A stretch of 64,000 bases of DNA from Bigelowiella natans CCMP2755 (lineage: Eukaryota; Protista; Cercozoa): the NCBI GenBank assembly GCA_000320545.1, contig ADNK01000136.1, positions 194,829-258,828 of the forward strand, in the 5' to 3' direction. The notes beneath the pieces are model-generated. The model was not told where the DNA came from and made no database searches. It saw only the letters and a program-made list of their open reading frames with translations. Positions 26,361 to 39,215 of the stretch are shown here, piece after piece. Position 1 is the first letter of the stretch. Each line of letters opens with the position of its first letter. Both the position numbers and the translations under genes were made by a program.

Positions 26361-29300
26361 GGGAGCACAATATCTCGGTATGGGGGCGGATCTTGTTGAG
26401 AATGTAGGAACGTCACTATTTGGACTATTCTCTTATAAATACTTTTCTTCTACTTCTAAACCGCTGCTACCAATACTACTAATACAACTAGTAGTATAAT
26501 TACTACTTCATTATTGTCGTTATCTTTCTGTGTTAGGTACCTAAAGCCAAGTCCTTATTCGATAAAGGTTAATTATTTAGTCTTTTACTTTCCCAAAAAC
26601 GATGAGGGTTAATTATTTAATCTTCTTCCCCCAAAACAATCAAGCAGAGGCAACGATTTTATTGTTTATATGATCATACACTCTGAGAAATGAGGAGGAG
26701 TATTTTGCTAATAGTCACATTTCTAGAACAAAATTTGCTCATCATCTACTATATCAACATCACAGCTTCCGAGATTCTAGGATACGATTTGCTGGAGCTT
26801 TGCAAGGTAATAATAAAAGTAGAGTCAGTATTATAAAACCAATTTTCTTTCCTCCTTCTTCTTCCTCTATCGTGATACATCGTCTATTAAATGATTATGC
26901 TCATCATCCATCGTCTTGTTCTATCACCTACTTAGGAAGGTCCCAAGGAAAAACTTGATTCAACGGCTGTTTCTCAGCCGGCAATATTCGTCGCATCGAT
27001 GGCAGCTGTGGAGAAACTAAAGCAAGAAAAGGGGGATAACATTGTAGACGATGCATCGGTTACAATGGGTCTCAGCTTAGGAGAGTATAGTGCCCTTTGT
27101 TTCGCAGGGGCGATCTCCTTTGAAGACGGAGTGTGTTTACCACCACTATCATCATTATTATCATCATCATCATGAATTACCAAAAGCAATATAGAGGCAG
27201 CAGCAGCTTACTAAGCACACAGAAATTCTTGCAATTACTTCTTTCTGCTCGCTGCTTTATTGTCGTAATAACAAATTATTGTTTGATTCATCAAGTAATG
27301 CTAATGTGTGTGTGTGTGTGTGTGTGTTGCTGTTGTGCTATGCTGCTGTTCCTACCGTGTTACTTGTATTTTTGCTTCTATACTACGGGGCACGACGCTC
27401 CGGTAAGATGATGGATGATAATGACGATAAAGACAAGGAAGGAGCAGCTATGCAGGTAGTAGTGGTAATAGTAGTATTTGATCATGATGATGATGCCGGC
27501 GACGATGATGATGCCTTTTACGAAAAAGAATATTGTAGTTGAGTGGTGGCCCCATAACAATATCAAATTGTTTAAATTATAGTTATTAAAAAAAAAAGAC
27601 AGAAAATAGGAATTTTAAATTTTTCACATAGAAGAAGAAGCAAGCGATCAAAGAGAAATAGGGACTGAAGCAAGATAACAAGATAATATAATTAATACAA
27701 CCTCGATCTTCTCCTCCCCTTTCCCTTCTTCTTCTCCCTTTTAGGCAGCTGCAGATATGGTGGAAAGCTCGATGGCCTCTGTTATTGGATTGAGCTCTGA
27801 GAAGGTGGTTATTTACATGTGTTGAGAATAATAATAAGAATAAGAAGAACAAGGACAAGAAGAAGAAGAAGGAAAAGGAGGAGAAACAACAACGCCCTCC
27901 CCTTAATTATTAAAAATACCTTAATATATTGTGAATAATGGCCCATCACAAAGGCTGCTCTCTTACTAAAATTTATATTACTTTGCTTCTACTTACTCGT
28001 TTACTTCTCTCCAATTATAATTATAACTATATGGACTACTTACTTGATGTTCTGTATTTCCAATGTTTTTTAATACTTTTTCAAATAATTGCTCCTCTCT
28101 CTCTCCTAAGGTCGATGAGATCTGCAGCAAAGCATCAGAAGAAACGGGAAAACCAGTGAGTGAGCACAATAAACGAAGAAACATCTTTCCTTAACATAAT
28201 GATAGAGTATGTAGGAACATTGGTAAAGTTTATTATCTTATTTAATTCTCTCCCTCTCCCCACTCACTCAACACATATGCTGGATACACCTAATTATATG
28301 TTGTATATGAATATAAATAATACATACATATCGATTAATCATTAACAATTATCCTTGATGATAATTGATAATACAGGTGCGCATCGCCAACTACCTCTGC
28401 AATGTACGTACGACGACATAAGATGATGAATAATTGTCTTTGGACGATCATGTTTGTTTCGCCTCTTATCAATACTTATCATCATCATTATTGTTAATCA
28501 TAATTATTATAATAATGATAATAATAATAATAATAATAGTGTGAATTGGTTAGGGAAACTATGCTGTTTCTGGTGCAAAGGAAGCCATTGACAAAGTCAT
28601 GGAAATCGCAAAGGTGGTGGTGTAAATTAGCTAGTACTCCTATTTAAGATTGAGATGACAATGATGATGATAAACAATTATAATTATAGCAGCAGCAGGA
28701 ATACCATCATCTTACATACGTACCACTACTGTTCGCCATGACTGAAGTGCTCTTGCGCTGTTATACTCTTCTACATAATGAAACCACAACGTACATTTCT
28801 ACTTCATCGATAGCAGTAGTAGCAGCAATTTTACTACAACAACATTGTTGTACTACTTTAATTATAAACCATCATATCATTAATCACTATCTTTGTCCCC
28901 TCAAATTTCGTTGATATTATCAGCCTGAGTTTAAGGCTCGCATGGCGGTGAAATTAGCAGTTGCAGGAGCATTCCACACCGACTTCATGAAACCAGGTGC
29001 TGCTGCTAGTATATTATAATTATTAATATTATATTAATATTATTATTATTCGCAGTATAGCAGTAGCACATTCATCACCACAACCTGTTTGTCCCGTTCT
29101 CCATCCAAGAGAGAGAAGATAATACCTACATCTGGTTTAGTGATTCCAGTTTAATGTGGTCATAATTGTAATTGTCATCAACTGTAAGTTATTTTCTTTG
29201 TTTGTTTCCTTTCCTTATACACGTTATATTGTTCTTCGAGAAGCAAGCAAGCACCGGTTTAGTTGATATTGTCTTAATGAATGCTGTGATGGTAGCGGTC

Positions 29301-29970
29301 CAACGGTTGGAGACCATGCTGGACACTGTTGAGGTCGTAGTAGTAGTAGTAGTAGTAGTAGTAATTACTATTATTGTTCTTCTTGTTGTCGTTGTTGTTG
29401 TAGATCATGAATACTCGAGGTAGTCTGAATACAAACAACTCATTAATTTTATCATCGTGAGGCTGTCGTTTATAATCATCCAGGTAAAGGAACCACGTAT
29501 ACCTGTGGTTTCAAATGTCGATGGCAAAGCTCACAAAGATCCTCAAGTTATTAAAGAGCTTCTCACTCAACAAGTAGTACACCACGCCTCCACTGCGACG
29601 TTTATGCTACATATCCCCCCCTCCCCCCCCTCTCTCTCTCTCTCTCTTTCTTCCTCTCCGCGCCTCTGTGCTTATTATTAGACTATCGAAGATGCTGATG
29701 TTCTTATATTTCTATTTGGTTATCAGGTTACCAGCCCTGTAATGTGGGAGAACACTATGGCTTCTATGCTTGAATCTGATTTCGAAAATGCATATGAAAT
29801 CGGACCAGGAAAGGTAATTAACGACATCGTTTACTTTTGGCTGCCTGCCTTTAATTTAAAAAAAATAATGGCAAATAGTGATATAAGGGGATTCAAAAAT
29901 TATTTAGGTACTCACTGGTATTCTGAAGCGGTTTAAGAGAGATGCAGAATTCGAAAATGTTGAAGCATGA
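25307..29970 (+). CDS. fabD: Malonyl-CoA:ACP transacylase (FabD/MCAT) with signal-peptide plus transit-peptide-like leader; probably plastid-targeted
   Basis: FMFPGQ|GAQYLGMG, SQPAIFVAS, catalytic GLSLGEYSAL, IANYLCNGNYAVSG, VAGAFHTDFM, VVSNVD, YEIGPGKVLTGILKR; leader MHAPLL...LAFIISLGVFGTICLLLFGG followed by an A/S/R-rich stretch. Confidence 0.92.
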
Positions 29971-30093
29971 GCACACTTGTGGTGTTCCTCAATTTTGGCC
30001 GGTTTGCGAGCAGTCCGAATGGTTTGATTCACACATTCTTGTGCAAGCCAACAGCGTGGGAGATGCGATGTCAAAATGCAAGAACAATGTTTA

Positions 30094-31674
30094 GCACCAC
30101 GATGAGAAGGATCAGAAATTTGTTTTCATCACTTGATCACATCGCCTGAGAAGCTGCAAAAACGCGTTGAAGTGAAGGAGGTGTGATGATGATCAACGTT
30201 CAGTCACATGCGCCATGTGCTGCATGGTGCATTTGTTGCGTTCTGTGGCAGCCACTGACACTTGGCAGAGGATGCTGCAACACCCATCTCGGTGCACTGG
30301 GTGACGCACAACAAGATGTCACACATCACATGCACAGCAGGCACACAATGGCACACAACGAGGCGCACACATCGTCGTGTCTGTTGCACACGAGCACGTC
30401 CACCACGTCTGGACGTGCATGCACGTGGGGTGATGCAGGGATTCACAACCAAGTTCACATGCGTGCACAGTGACGTGCACATGATGCACTTGTCTGCGGC
30501 TGTTGCTAGTGCGTGGCAGACTGACAGGCTTCCTTCAAGTGCAGCTTTGCACGTGACATGCTGGCATGAGTGATGACAAAATTGAATGGTGTCAGTCCGC
30601 TCGCTCGTGGCTCGTGACCTCGATGTTGCTGCTTTGTGTGGCCATTTGTCATCAGTCCTGGAGTCTGGCAATGAAACCATGCGCGCGGCTGTGGTCTAGT
30701 GGTGCACGACGTGCATGGCTAGATGGGCGCCAGCAACAACTGGTGCTTTGGCCAGTTCCACTCTTTGCATCACTTCTGGGCTTGAGCTCAAGCTAGCCAG
30801 AACCATTCTAGCATTGGTGAGCGTTCCTTCTGTCGTGACGTGTTTTTTCTTTCTTGATTCTCTTTCTTCGAAACCATCGAATGGCCAAGTCTGGAAGTGG
30901 TCGATGCTCGCATCGCGCTGCTGCTCTGCCCATGGCTTGCTGGCCAGCGTGTGTGCGCACGCTTCCAGCGCTTGTCCTCCAGACCCTTCGCTAGTTGGGA
31001 CGTCTGCACATCCAAACAGTGAAACGTCATCTGCATCATTGGTGGCTCCTCCCAAAGGTCATTCCAATGTGCTGACGAACAAACGAAAGAAGTGATGTCA
31101 AAGGAGCGGTTGAAAGCATGGTGGGACACACCAACTCATCTGGTCATCTTTGCCCTTCCGTGATGGACACCACGTGACACTGTGTGTGTGTGTGCACAGT
31201 GCACACAGATCACGGTGTCCATCATTTCCCAACAACCAAGATCACCAAGGCTGGAAGGATTGTGGACCAAGACGGGCATGGCAGTCCCTCTCCCGGTCCA
31301 GCGGTCAAACAGGCTCCGTGCTTGTGCGGGTTCAACAATTCTCCCACACACCACCGGACACGCGATTTGAGTTTGTTCTCCAGTTCTCAGAGATTCAACC
31401 TCAAGCTGACCACCACGAGCGTGGTTCGTGCGCCGTCAAGTGAACTCAAACAAGCATGGTGATCTGACTCACTCGGAAGGGAGCTGGTTGGCCATGTTTG
31501 CTTGCAACGTGCCCGTTGCACGTGATTCTGCACGTTGCTCTAGTGCTGTCTGCATCGTTGCGCAGGCGTTTTCCCACGTGCACTTGCAGGCACAAAGCAA
31601 ACGCAAGGAAGAGAGATCGCAAGGAAGAAAGAAAGAAGATGAAACAATGAAACAATGAAACAATGATGAAGAAC
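30094..31674. other. TpA-free domain (TA retained only in CTAG)
   Basis: Manual scan: 7 TA dinucleotides in ~1580 bp, all within CTAG starting at 30506, 30696, 30719, 30793, 30808, 30991 and 31540. Confidence 0.92.
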
Positions 31675-32315
31675 TACATTTCCAAAGTGTTGCAAGACAC
31701 TTGCAGTGTGCAAAATGCAGTGCCTCGAACTGGTTTCAGTGAGGACTGAAAGAGTTCGTTGGAGCGGTTGAAAGGATGACAGAGAATGGCCACGCGGATG
31801 ATCATTGTTTGGCGGCTTTTTGCTTGTTGCGACTGAAGAGGTTGAGCTGACACTTTTTGAAGAAAAGGGCAATTAGGAATTTTTGGTTGCAAATTCAGAC
31901 TCTCACTTTGGTTTTTCCTTCCTGCGTAACTCACAGACATTCGTCGCAACCACGAAAATGGGTCCATTCCGAGCACTGTTCGCCCAGCCTTCGGTAGTAC
32001 CTATGCTCGCATGCTAGCTGGCTCTCCTCGTCCACGTGTCAAGATCTCTCTCCTGAACCATGGAAACACAGGCAAATTATTCTCATGCGTCAATCCATAT
32101 TTACACCTCGCAATCGGCAACCGTCTCACAGTTGTAGATTGCAGCTGAGCTGTAGCGTGGAATGATTCAAAACTTATCCCATACTCAATCGTTCGCACAG
32201 TCGCACATCGAAAATGAATCCGAAACACATCTCGAGTAAATGCATTGAACAAATGATCTGAATAATGATTGATGTCCTTTGAAGCTGCTGATTGTCCGTG
32301 ATTGCTACTATTCAT
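30696..32315 (-). pseudogene. Putative gene remnant eroded by TpA loss; product unknown
   Basis: Minus-strand GTGAGT donor-like sites (~31470, ~31930) and an exon-like frame (~31215-31430, QIACPVVCGRIVEP...PVLVHNPSSLGDLGCWEMMDT) that lacks Tyr and is rich in C/H/M. In-frame stops near 32000-32045. Sits head-to-head with the DUSP-DOT1 gene. Confidence 0.3.
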
Positions 32316-32452
32316 TCATTCGACAAGAACAGAGATTGAAAAACACGACGACAACGACGAAGAAGGAGAAGAAGAAGATTTGCAGATAAACTCTAAATAG
32401 ACCGTAAATAGGATTCTGAGAGGAACTTTATTCCATAAGGAACATTTTGCAG

Positions 32453-35400
32453 ATGCAGAAGGAATACTACGCCTCTCTATCCGAGCCTCGAAGCAGGGAA
32501 GCTGAAACGTCGAGGAAGGAAGAAGATCCGCCGGGTAGTCAACTGAGAACAAAGAAGAACAGTAGACGAGACAGGCGAAGAAGGGCAAAGCTGAAGCTCT
32601 TTTCCTTTTCATGTCCAACTCACAGAAGGACTACTAACGAAGAGAAAATAGTACGTGTTTATGTTTGAGCATATTTGAATTGAAGTTAGATGAACAATTT
32701 CACCTTTTGCTACAATGACTTAGAGTTTATCAGAGAACGAACTCCCTGAACCATCAAAACAAGCAGAGGTTATCACAACGTTAGTGAACAGATTTCCTGC
32801 TCCATTCCATATTGGAGAACAGTGGTATGTTATCTCTTGTTCCTGGCTACGAAAATGGCTGGCTTACACTGGTATTTCATTCCTGGCATTTGTAATTAGA
32901 CTTTAAAAGCACTGTTACAATGCAGGTTGTAAAGCCTTCACAGCGATGCCAAATTGTCCCAAATCTGATGATGAACCAGGTTCAATAGATAATTCTTCGC
33001 TTAAGCCGTGCAATTGCTATTCAAGCGTAGACCCGAAAATCTGGGAGAAAGAGAATCCACCACTTCCTTGCACAGCTCTAAGAAACGATAATTATTTGGC
33101 GGTCCATCCAAGCATCTGGGATCAACTTTATTCATGGTATGGAGCAAACTACATCATTCGAAGGCAAACAGTACGACTGAAAGGGGACCATAGAATCGAT
33201 GTGAACTTTTCTCCTTGCTACGTTTTATTCAAAATCATGTTAGAGAAAGGCACCTTTCAAGATTACATGGTAAAGGGTTATCCTCGCTTTACTGCGCTGA
33301 ACGAGGTTCTTGAAGACTTTCTACAGACAGTCAGCTCGGAAGGGATCAGTAAAATTTCTCTTGGTGGATCGAAAATATTTTCTACAAAGAGAGACGATAG
33401 CAATAATATTGAGACTTACCGGCCATGGTCATACTTTGCATCGGAAGCTCAGGCAAGAAAAGGTGACCGAGTATTTGCTTTCTGGAAAGGTCGGTGGTAT
33501 CCTGGATCTGTCACGAATGAAATAAAAGATGACAATTCAATCTACAAAGTTCTTTGCGATGTAGATGCTGGTAAAAAGTCAACACCGCTTACTCTCTCAG
33601 AGCACGTTCACCGGGTCGAGCTTACTGAATTTAAGCTCTTATTGAAACGGCACGCAGATTTAGATCTACAAGATTTTTTAGCCGTACGACATGGTATTCC
33701 TATCCAAACAAAAATTCATAAAGCGCCGTTTGTTACTATTGTCATGGAAAAAAGAAACGCAGATGGAAGTTGGCCGCATTTAGAAAGAACAAACAATGAT
33801 ACCATCATGTTTCGAGAAGGATCAGATATTGATTGCTTGAGCTCGGATGGGAAATGGAGACAGGCAACAGTATGTAAGGTAATTATATAGATCTTCTAAA
33901 CAGTGTAAAGAAAATTGAGATTAGTACCAAAATTAGGAATCAGAAAGCCATATAACTGTGAGATATGTTGGTTCCAAGAGGAAGGAAGCTGTGAAGAAAT
34001 TTAGTAAAAGGTTGACCTATCCAGACACACTAAGTAGACTCGAAGAAATTCGCTTTCAGGATACCACGAAAATGCTTCAGAATATCTACATGGACGTCTA
34101 TCGTTTCCAAAGGTTAAATACACTAATGCAAGACTTAAATTATCCGGTAAAAAATTACTGAATATATTTTCCAGTATGAGCCACTCCTGTTCAGATGGCA
34201 AAGCAGCCATAAAAGCTGGAACAAAGTACTTCTTATATAAATATCTCTAACAAACATACATGAATACATATATGGAGTTCAAATATTGAAGTTCTCAACA
34301 AGAAAACGAAATATGTAACATTAAGTGTGTTACCACCAACTATGAAGAAAAACAATACTACATTAATCAACACTATTATATTTACTAACATGATTGAAAA
34401 ATAAAAAGATGAAACAAATTAGTTAGAGAATTCTTCCTTAGATATTTTTCAACCTTTCGTGCCAGCTGTTCCCTCACTTTCCTCCCTCGTTTCCGTTACC
34501 AATCCCTATTCCTCAAATTAATCTAGCACTAGGAATTGTTGAAATTTACGATAAACCAGTGTTAAAAATTATAAGCAAGTTCCAGGCTGGGAAACCATCT
34601 TTAATTACTGTTTCATTCAGTTTAATATAAGTTTTCTTGGATCTAGACATCAGTGTACATTGCCAATAAATAAAATGTAATAACATGTTTGTGTTATGAT
34701 CTAATTGTTGAAATGAATGTAAATCTTCCAGGTTGTTATATGGTGAAATTCGGGCAGAAGGAGTAAGTCCCAATCGGATAATTTGCATATAATTTCCCTA
34801 AAACCAGAACTCTAATTTGGTAAAACAGGTGAGGAAGCTGATGGATAGATGTCATCTTCGTGGAAGTGAAGGTCAGTGTAACGGAATGAAACCTGTAGGA
34901 ACCTCTTATTACGATGCTTAGTAGAAATTCAAACATTGTCATATATCAGCGAAAATGTTCGTCGATGTCGGATCAGGACGGGGAAGAGTTTGCTTGCAAG
35001 TTTTTGAGCTCTATCCTAATATTTCCCGAGTAGTCGGTGTGGAAATATCAGCAAACAGATTCTCAGAATGTTGCATCAAAGCGGTTCCACGTTTTGTAAA
35101 TTACTGTGAAAGACGAGGAGACAAAATTTCTATGAGTAAATCAGAGAAAAGTTTGGTCATAGTAGTTGAAAATGAAACTGGTACACGAAAATTAGAATTC
35201 TACAACGCCGACATAGGGTCAGTACAAGATAAGATCCAGGCATCTGAAGTTGATATAGCAAATATGAACGTTGCTTTCAATAAAGCTTCGACTGGAATCA
35301 AGACATTTCTTCTGGGATTGAGAGATGGTGCTAGAATTTCAACTTACACATACATATGTGGGGATTGTTGTCTCGGTATTACAGACGGAAGCTCAAGTAG

Positions 35401-35581
35401 TCCATTTAAACATATTGCAAAGTTTGATTCTTACAAGACTTCTTGGTCATTATCACATCCATTTTATTTATGGCAACGAGTTCGGCCTACAGAGGATGAG
35501 ACAAAGGCAAAAATGGATGAAGATAAAAAGGAAGCAAAAGCTGCTGATAATTTACAAAGTAATCAGGAGGAAGCCTTCTAA
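32453..35581 (+). CDS. Multidomain protein: DUSP + two Tudor/Agenet-like modules + DOT1-like class I SAM methyltransferase
   Basis: One spliced frame: GEQWYVISCSWLRKWLAYTG...PGSIDNSSL...VHPSIWDQLYSWYG (DUSP); KGDRVFAFWKGRWYPGSVT and FREGSDIDCLSSDGKWRQATVCK|ESESHITVRYVG (Tudor-like); GTK|LLYGEIRAEG|VRKLMD...|AKMFVDVGSGRGRVCLQ...VVGVEISANR (DOT1-type YGE, motif I, GVE). Confidence 0.75.
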
Positions 35582-36770
35582 ATTTGAAAAGATATTGCTG
35601 CAAGCGTGCATCAATAAGAGTTGAAAAGTGAGTTAGCTCGCGGTGGAATAGATAAAAAAAATAAACATGTACTCCAACAATTAAAATTAATGTATCCATT
35701 TTGAATCTGCGCCACAAATATCAGGAGCGAGACAAATAATTTACATATGAGCTCATGTGTACACCAACAGTCCATTCTCTATTAGTATAACATGCATGCA
35801 ACAATATCTGTTTCATGATGATGCATATTGCAACAAGGCAATTAATGTGCTCGGTAGCATTTACATTTCTACGTTCTTCCGGACGCCGTGCGCCCGCCTT
35901 GGATGATTTAGGGACACTCAATAAATCACTAGCTGCACAAGAATTCACATTGGTCACTTCATCAATGCATGATGTCGTTTGTGCACGGTGTGATTAGCTG
36001 ACAGATGTGCTGTGTGCCAATGCTTGTGGTTGCACTGTGACAGCACGTCAATGTCAACAAAAGCTTTTGAAAACAAAACTGTGAAACCCTGATGATGAAA
36101 ATGCATTGTGGGCTTGAGCATGCATGCCAAACCAAGCTCCTGAGGGGACATTATTGCCGCTCGCACGCGGGTCTTTTGACTTTTGCGCGCGCGCGTTTCA
36201 CTTTGATGTGACTAGCCTAGTTGCATCACATCACATCACGCCATTTTCAGATTGAAAACACAGCACTTTTCCCTGACATCATTTCGCTAACTTGTGCACC
36301 AGGCTAGCAAGCAAAATGAGTGCAGTGCAACAGCTGATTCCACTAATGCATGTGCCTAGATGATGTGCAATCCATGCACGCGCACACATGTGTGCAGTGT
36401 CCCAACCATGAGCCATCGCTAGTGCATCTAGACAAACAAGAGCGTGCCACGGACTACGTGCATATGATGTCACATTGCATATAATCTTGTTTGACATGAA
36501 TGTCTGGGTAGTAGGAGTGACCACCGTGTGCATGACGTACGTAGCTAGGTAGCATCCGATGATGATACACACATATGCTCCACCGGAAAATATGTTGTGC
36601 ACTTAATTAGTCAATCAATTTCTGATTGTTTACTAGACAACACGCTTTTATGTAGCATGATACTTAGTCTAGGTTAGGTTGCAAAAAGAATTCAGCAAGC
36701 ACATGGTTGCTGGAGGGTGCCGTGCTAAAGTGATCCATTATTGCCATAACCATGTACATTTAATGTAGCC

Positions 36771-37890
36771 CTAACCAAACTTTATCTTTGGTAGAGCCAG
36801 TATCCTTTTTACAATGTTATTTCCAGTGTCTTCCATATTAAATACCTGTGTTAAGTAATATTCAAAAAATATAATTGTTGACACCCATAATATCAAAAGA
36901 GGATTTTTATGATCAATGTGTTGAAACAAACCTGCTTCCTGACTTTAAAGTCACAAGGGGAAGGCTCTTCCCCATGACGGTATCGATGACGACATTTGGA
37001 AGAAAAATATTTATGCATTTTAGAATGGGAAAAAGGTGGATCATCTGCCATTCTCCTGGGTATATCGGGACGATTTCTCATGTAGAGCTTGTAAGTCAGC
37101 TTCTCAATATCAGATACTGTTGGAATCTTACTTACACTAGAAGTTTTCAAACATCTTCTATTCAAGCGGGATCTGCATATTCTTGCAGACGTCATTGGTA
37201 CATTTTTATCCGATAGATAATAGCTTGACGATATTCCTATATGTCTAATTTTTCTAGAATCTCCACCAAAATCGGCCACAAAATCTTTATTATCGGATCG
37301 AATGCTAGATTTCATCAATCCATGAATCCCTAAACTTTTAGACGGCGATCGTCGGTTCCCTTCCAGGTGTTTCTGCAGAGAAAGGCGGAAAATCATGACT
37401 GCTATCTTCAAATGACTAATATCACCCCCTCTTTGACACTTGATGAGGATATGACAACCTTATTAACTTTATGGAGAAGCGAGCTAGCAAGAGTTGAAAA
37501 CCTAGCAATATCCTCGTTATTGAAAGATTATACGACAGTTCATAAGTTTACCGCTGTTTCCTCTCCATATTAGTTATATTTGCCTTGAGGGTTTTTTCAC
37601 GGGGAAATATGGAACCTGTTGTTTCATATATGGTGAGGAGGGAAAGGATAGATATTGAGAAAGAAATTACAGATATGGAAAATTGAATGCTCCAAGCAAA
37701 TGGTCTTTTGGACTCACAAACCAGTGAGTGAATCGGATGGCATAGTTGCACTGTGTCAACAAATTATGAAGTTGTAAAGTGTACATGCAGAGAAAATGGT
37801 TGTAACAAAACTAGGATTTGAAACGTCCAGCAAATTAGTATAAATCAGACATTGATGACCATGTTGACGAATTTGCTCTTCTTGCTCCAT
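36771..37890 (-). CDS. Hypothetical basic protein with hydrophobic N-terminal segment (possible bipartite organelle leader)
   Basis: Exon-like minus-strand frames with GT-AG sites: SIQFSISVISFSISILSLLTIY, then an S/R/K-rich region, YMRNRPDIPRRMADDPPFSHSKMHKYF, ending VFNMEDTGNNIVKRILALPKIKFG*. No family recognised; start uncertain. Confidence 0.5.
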
Positions 37891-38042
37891 TCCATTATCA
37901 CCGATAACCCCTCGGGCTCTAGGTAGAATCATTGTATGATAAGCTACACGAAAGTGGCGGCTAAGCTAACTAATAATTGGTCTTCGGAGTCTATCTATCT
38001 GTCTGTCTTGCCAGAAGACAGATCGATCGATCGATCAGGCAA

Positions 38043-39168
38043 ATGATCCTTGTCAGCCTGCTGTGCAGCTGTATACGACTACCGGCAAGGGGTAACGACG
38101 ACAACAACAATATCATCGACGATGACAAAATTGCAGTGGGGTTCTAACATACGACAACAATATCTACAAAACTACGAATACAACACTTTTGTGACCTACG
38201 ACAACAATAATGCTTTATGTTTTGGAACAATCTGATGCCCCGTGCCGGTGACAGCGCTTGTGCCTTCAAACGGGAATGATCCTTTGATTACGCTTGGATT
38301 GGACATTGTCCATTCGTTACTATATACATCCTATGATTCCTCAACTCTTTCAGCAAGTTCTCTCTGCTAGAAACTTTGAAAAGCCTACCCACGTGCAGGT
38401 AGAGTCATTCTACTTCCCGATTGCTCTGAACCATCGGAATGATAATGGTGACGACTGATGATGAGAGCATAACTCATTCTTTCTTGTTTACAAGCTTCAA
38501 ACATGGAAAGCGATTCGCGCAGGAAACAATGTCCTAGCTGTGGTCAGTGAAACGTGATGAGCCTTAAATCTTTCGCGGCACTATACCCTATTCAACATTA
38601 TCTTATTCTTATTCTTCATAATCTTTATTATCATCATCATCACAAGATCACCATCTCATTGTCTGTGCCATAGGCCAAGACTGGATCTGGAAAGACATTA
38701 GCCTACACGTTGCCTGGTCATTGTCGTTGTTGTCATAATGATAATAAATGTTGGGAGAGATCTGCTGCTTGTTGCTGACATCGGTCATTTTTAGCTATCG
38801 AAATTCTCCAAAACGTAGCAGACATGAAGGAGGCTACTTTGAAAGAAACGAGATCGTCTTCAAATGAAAAGCTCGGGCCCACTGCGAGGAGTGACAGTAG
38901 TAGTAATAGTAGTAGTGGTGGTGGTAGTAGTAGTAGCCTGAAACCGGTAGTCCTTTGCTTGGTACCAACGCGTGAGCTTGCATCCCAGGTCTTACTACAA
39001 TAACAACAACAACAACTGCTGCTACTACTACTCCTGCTACTGCTACTTCTACTACCAGTGCTTATTTTAACATTTATCCATGTACTATGCAATGCACTTA
39101 CAGCAGCACAAATGGACACATTTGAAAACACTAAAGTTTATAATTTACATGTGTGTGTGTGTGTGTGT

Positions 39169-39215
<47 letters not shown>

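Noticed and set aside
30094-31674. CpG-methylation decay or fungal-type RIP as the cause of TG/CA excess
   Set aside because: CpG is plentiful and TpA is lost rather than gained, the opposite of both expectations.
30183-31976. Dense overlapping ORFs in several frames
   Set aside because: Loss of TA removes TAA and most TAG stops, so long open frames arise by chance. Only one minus-strand remnant is tentatively kept.
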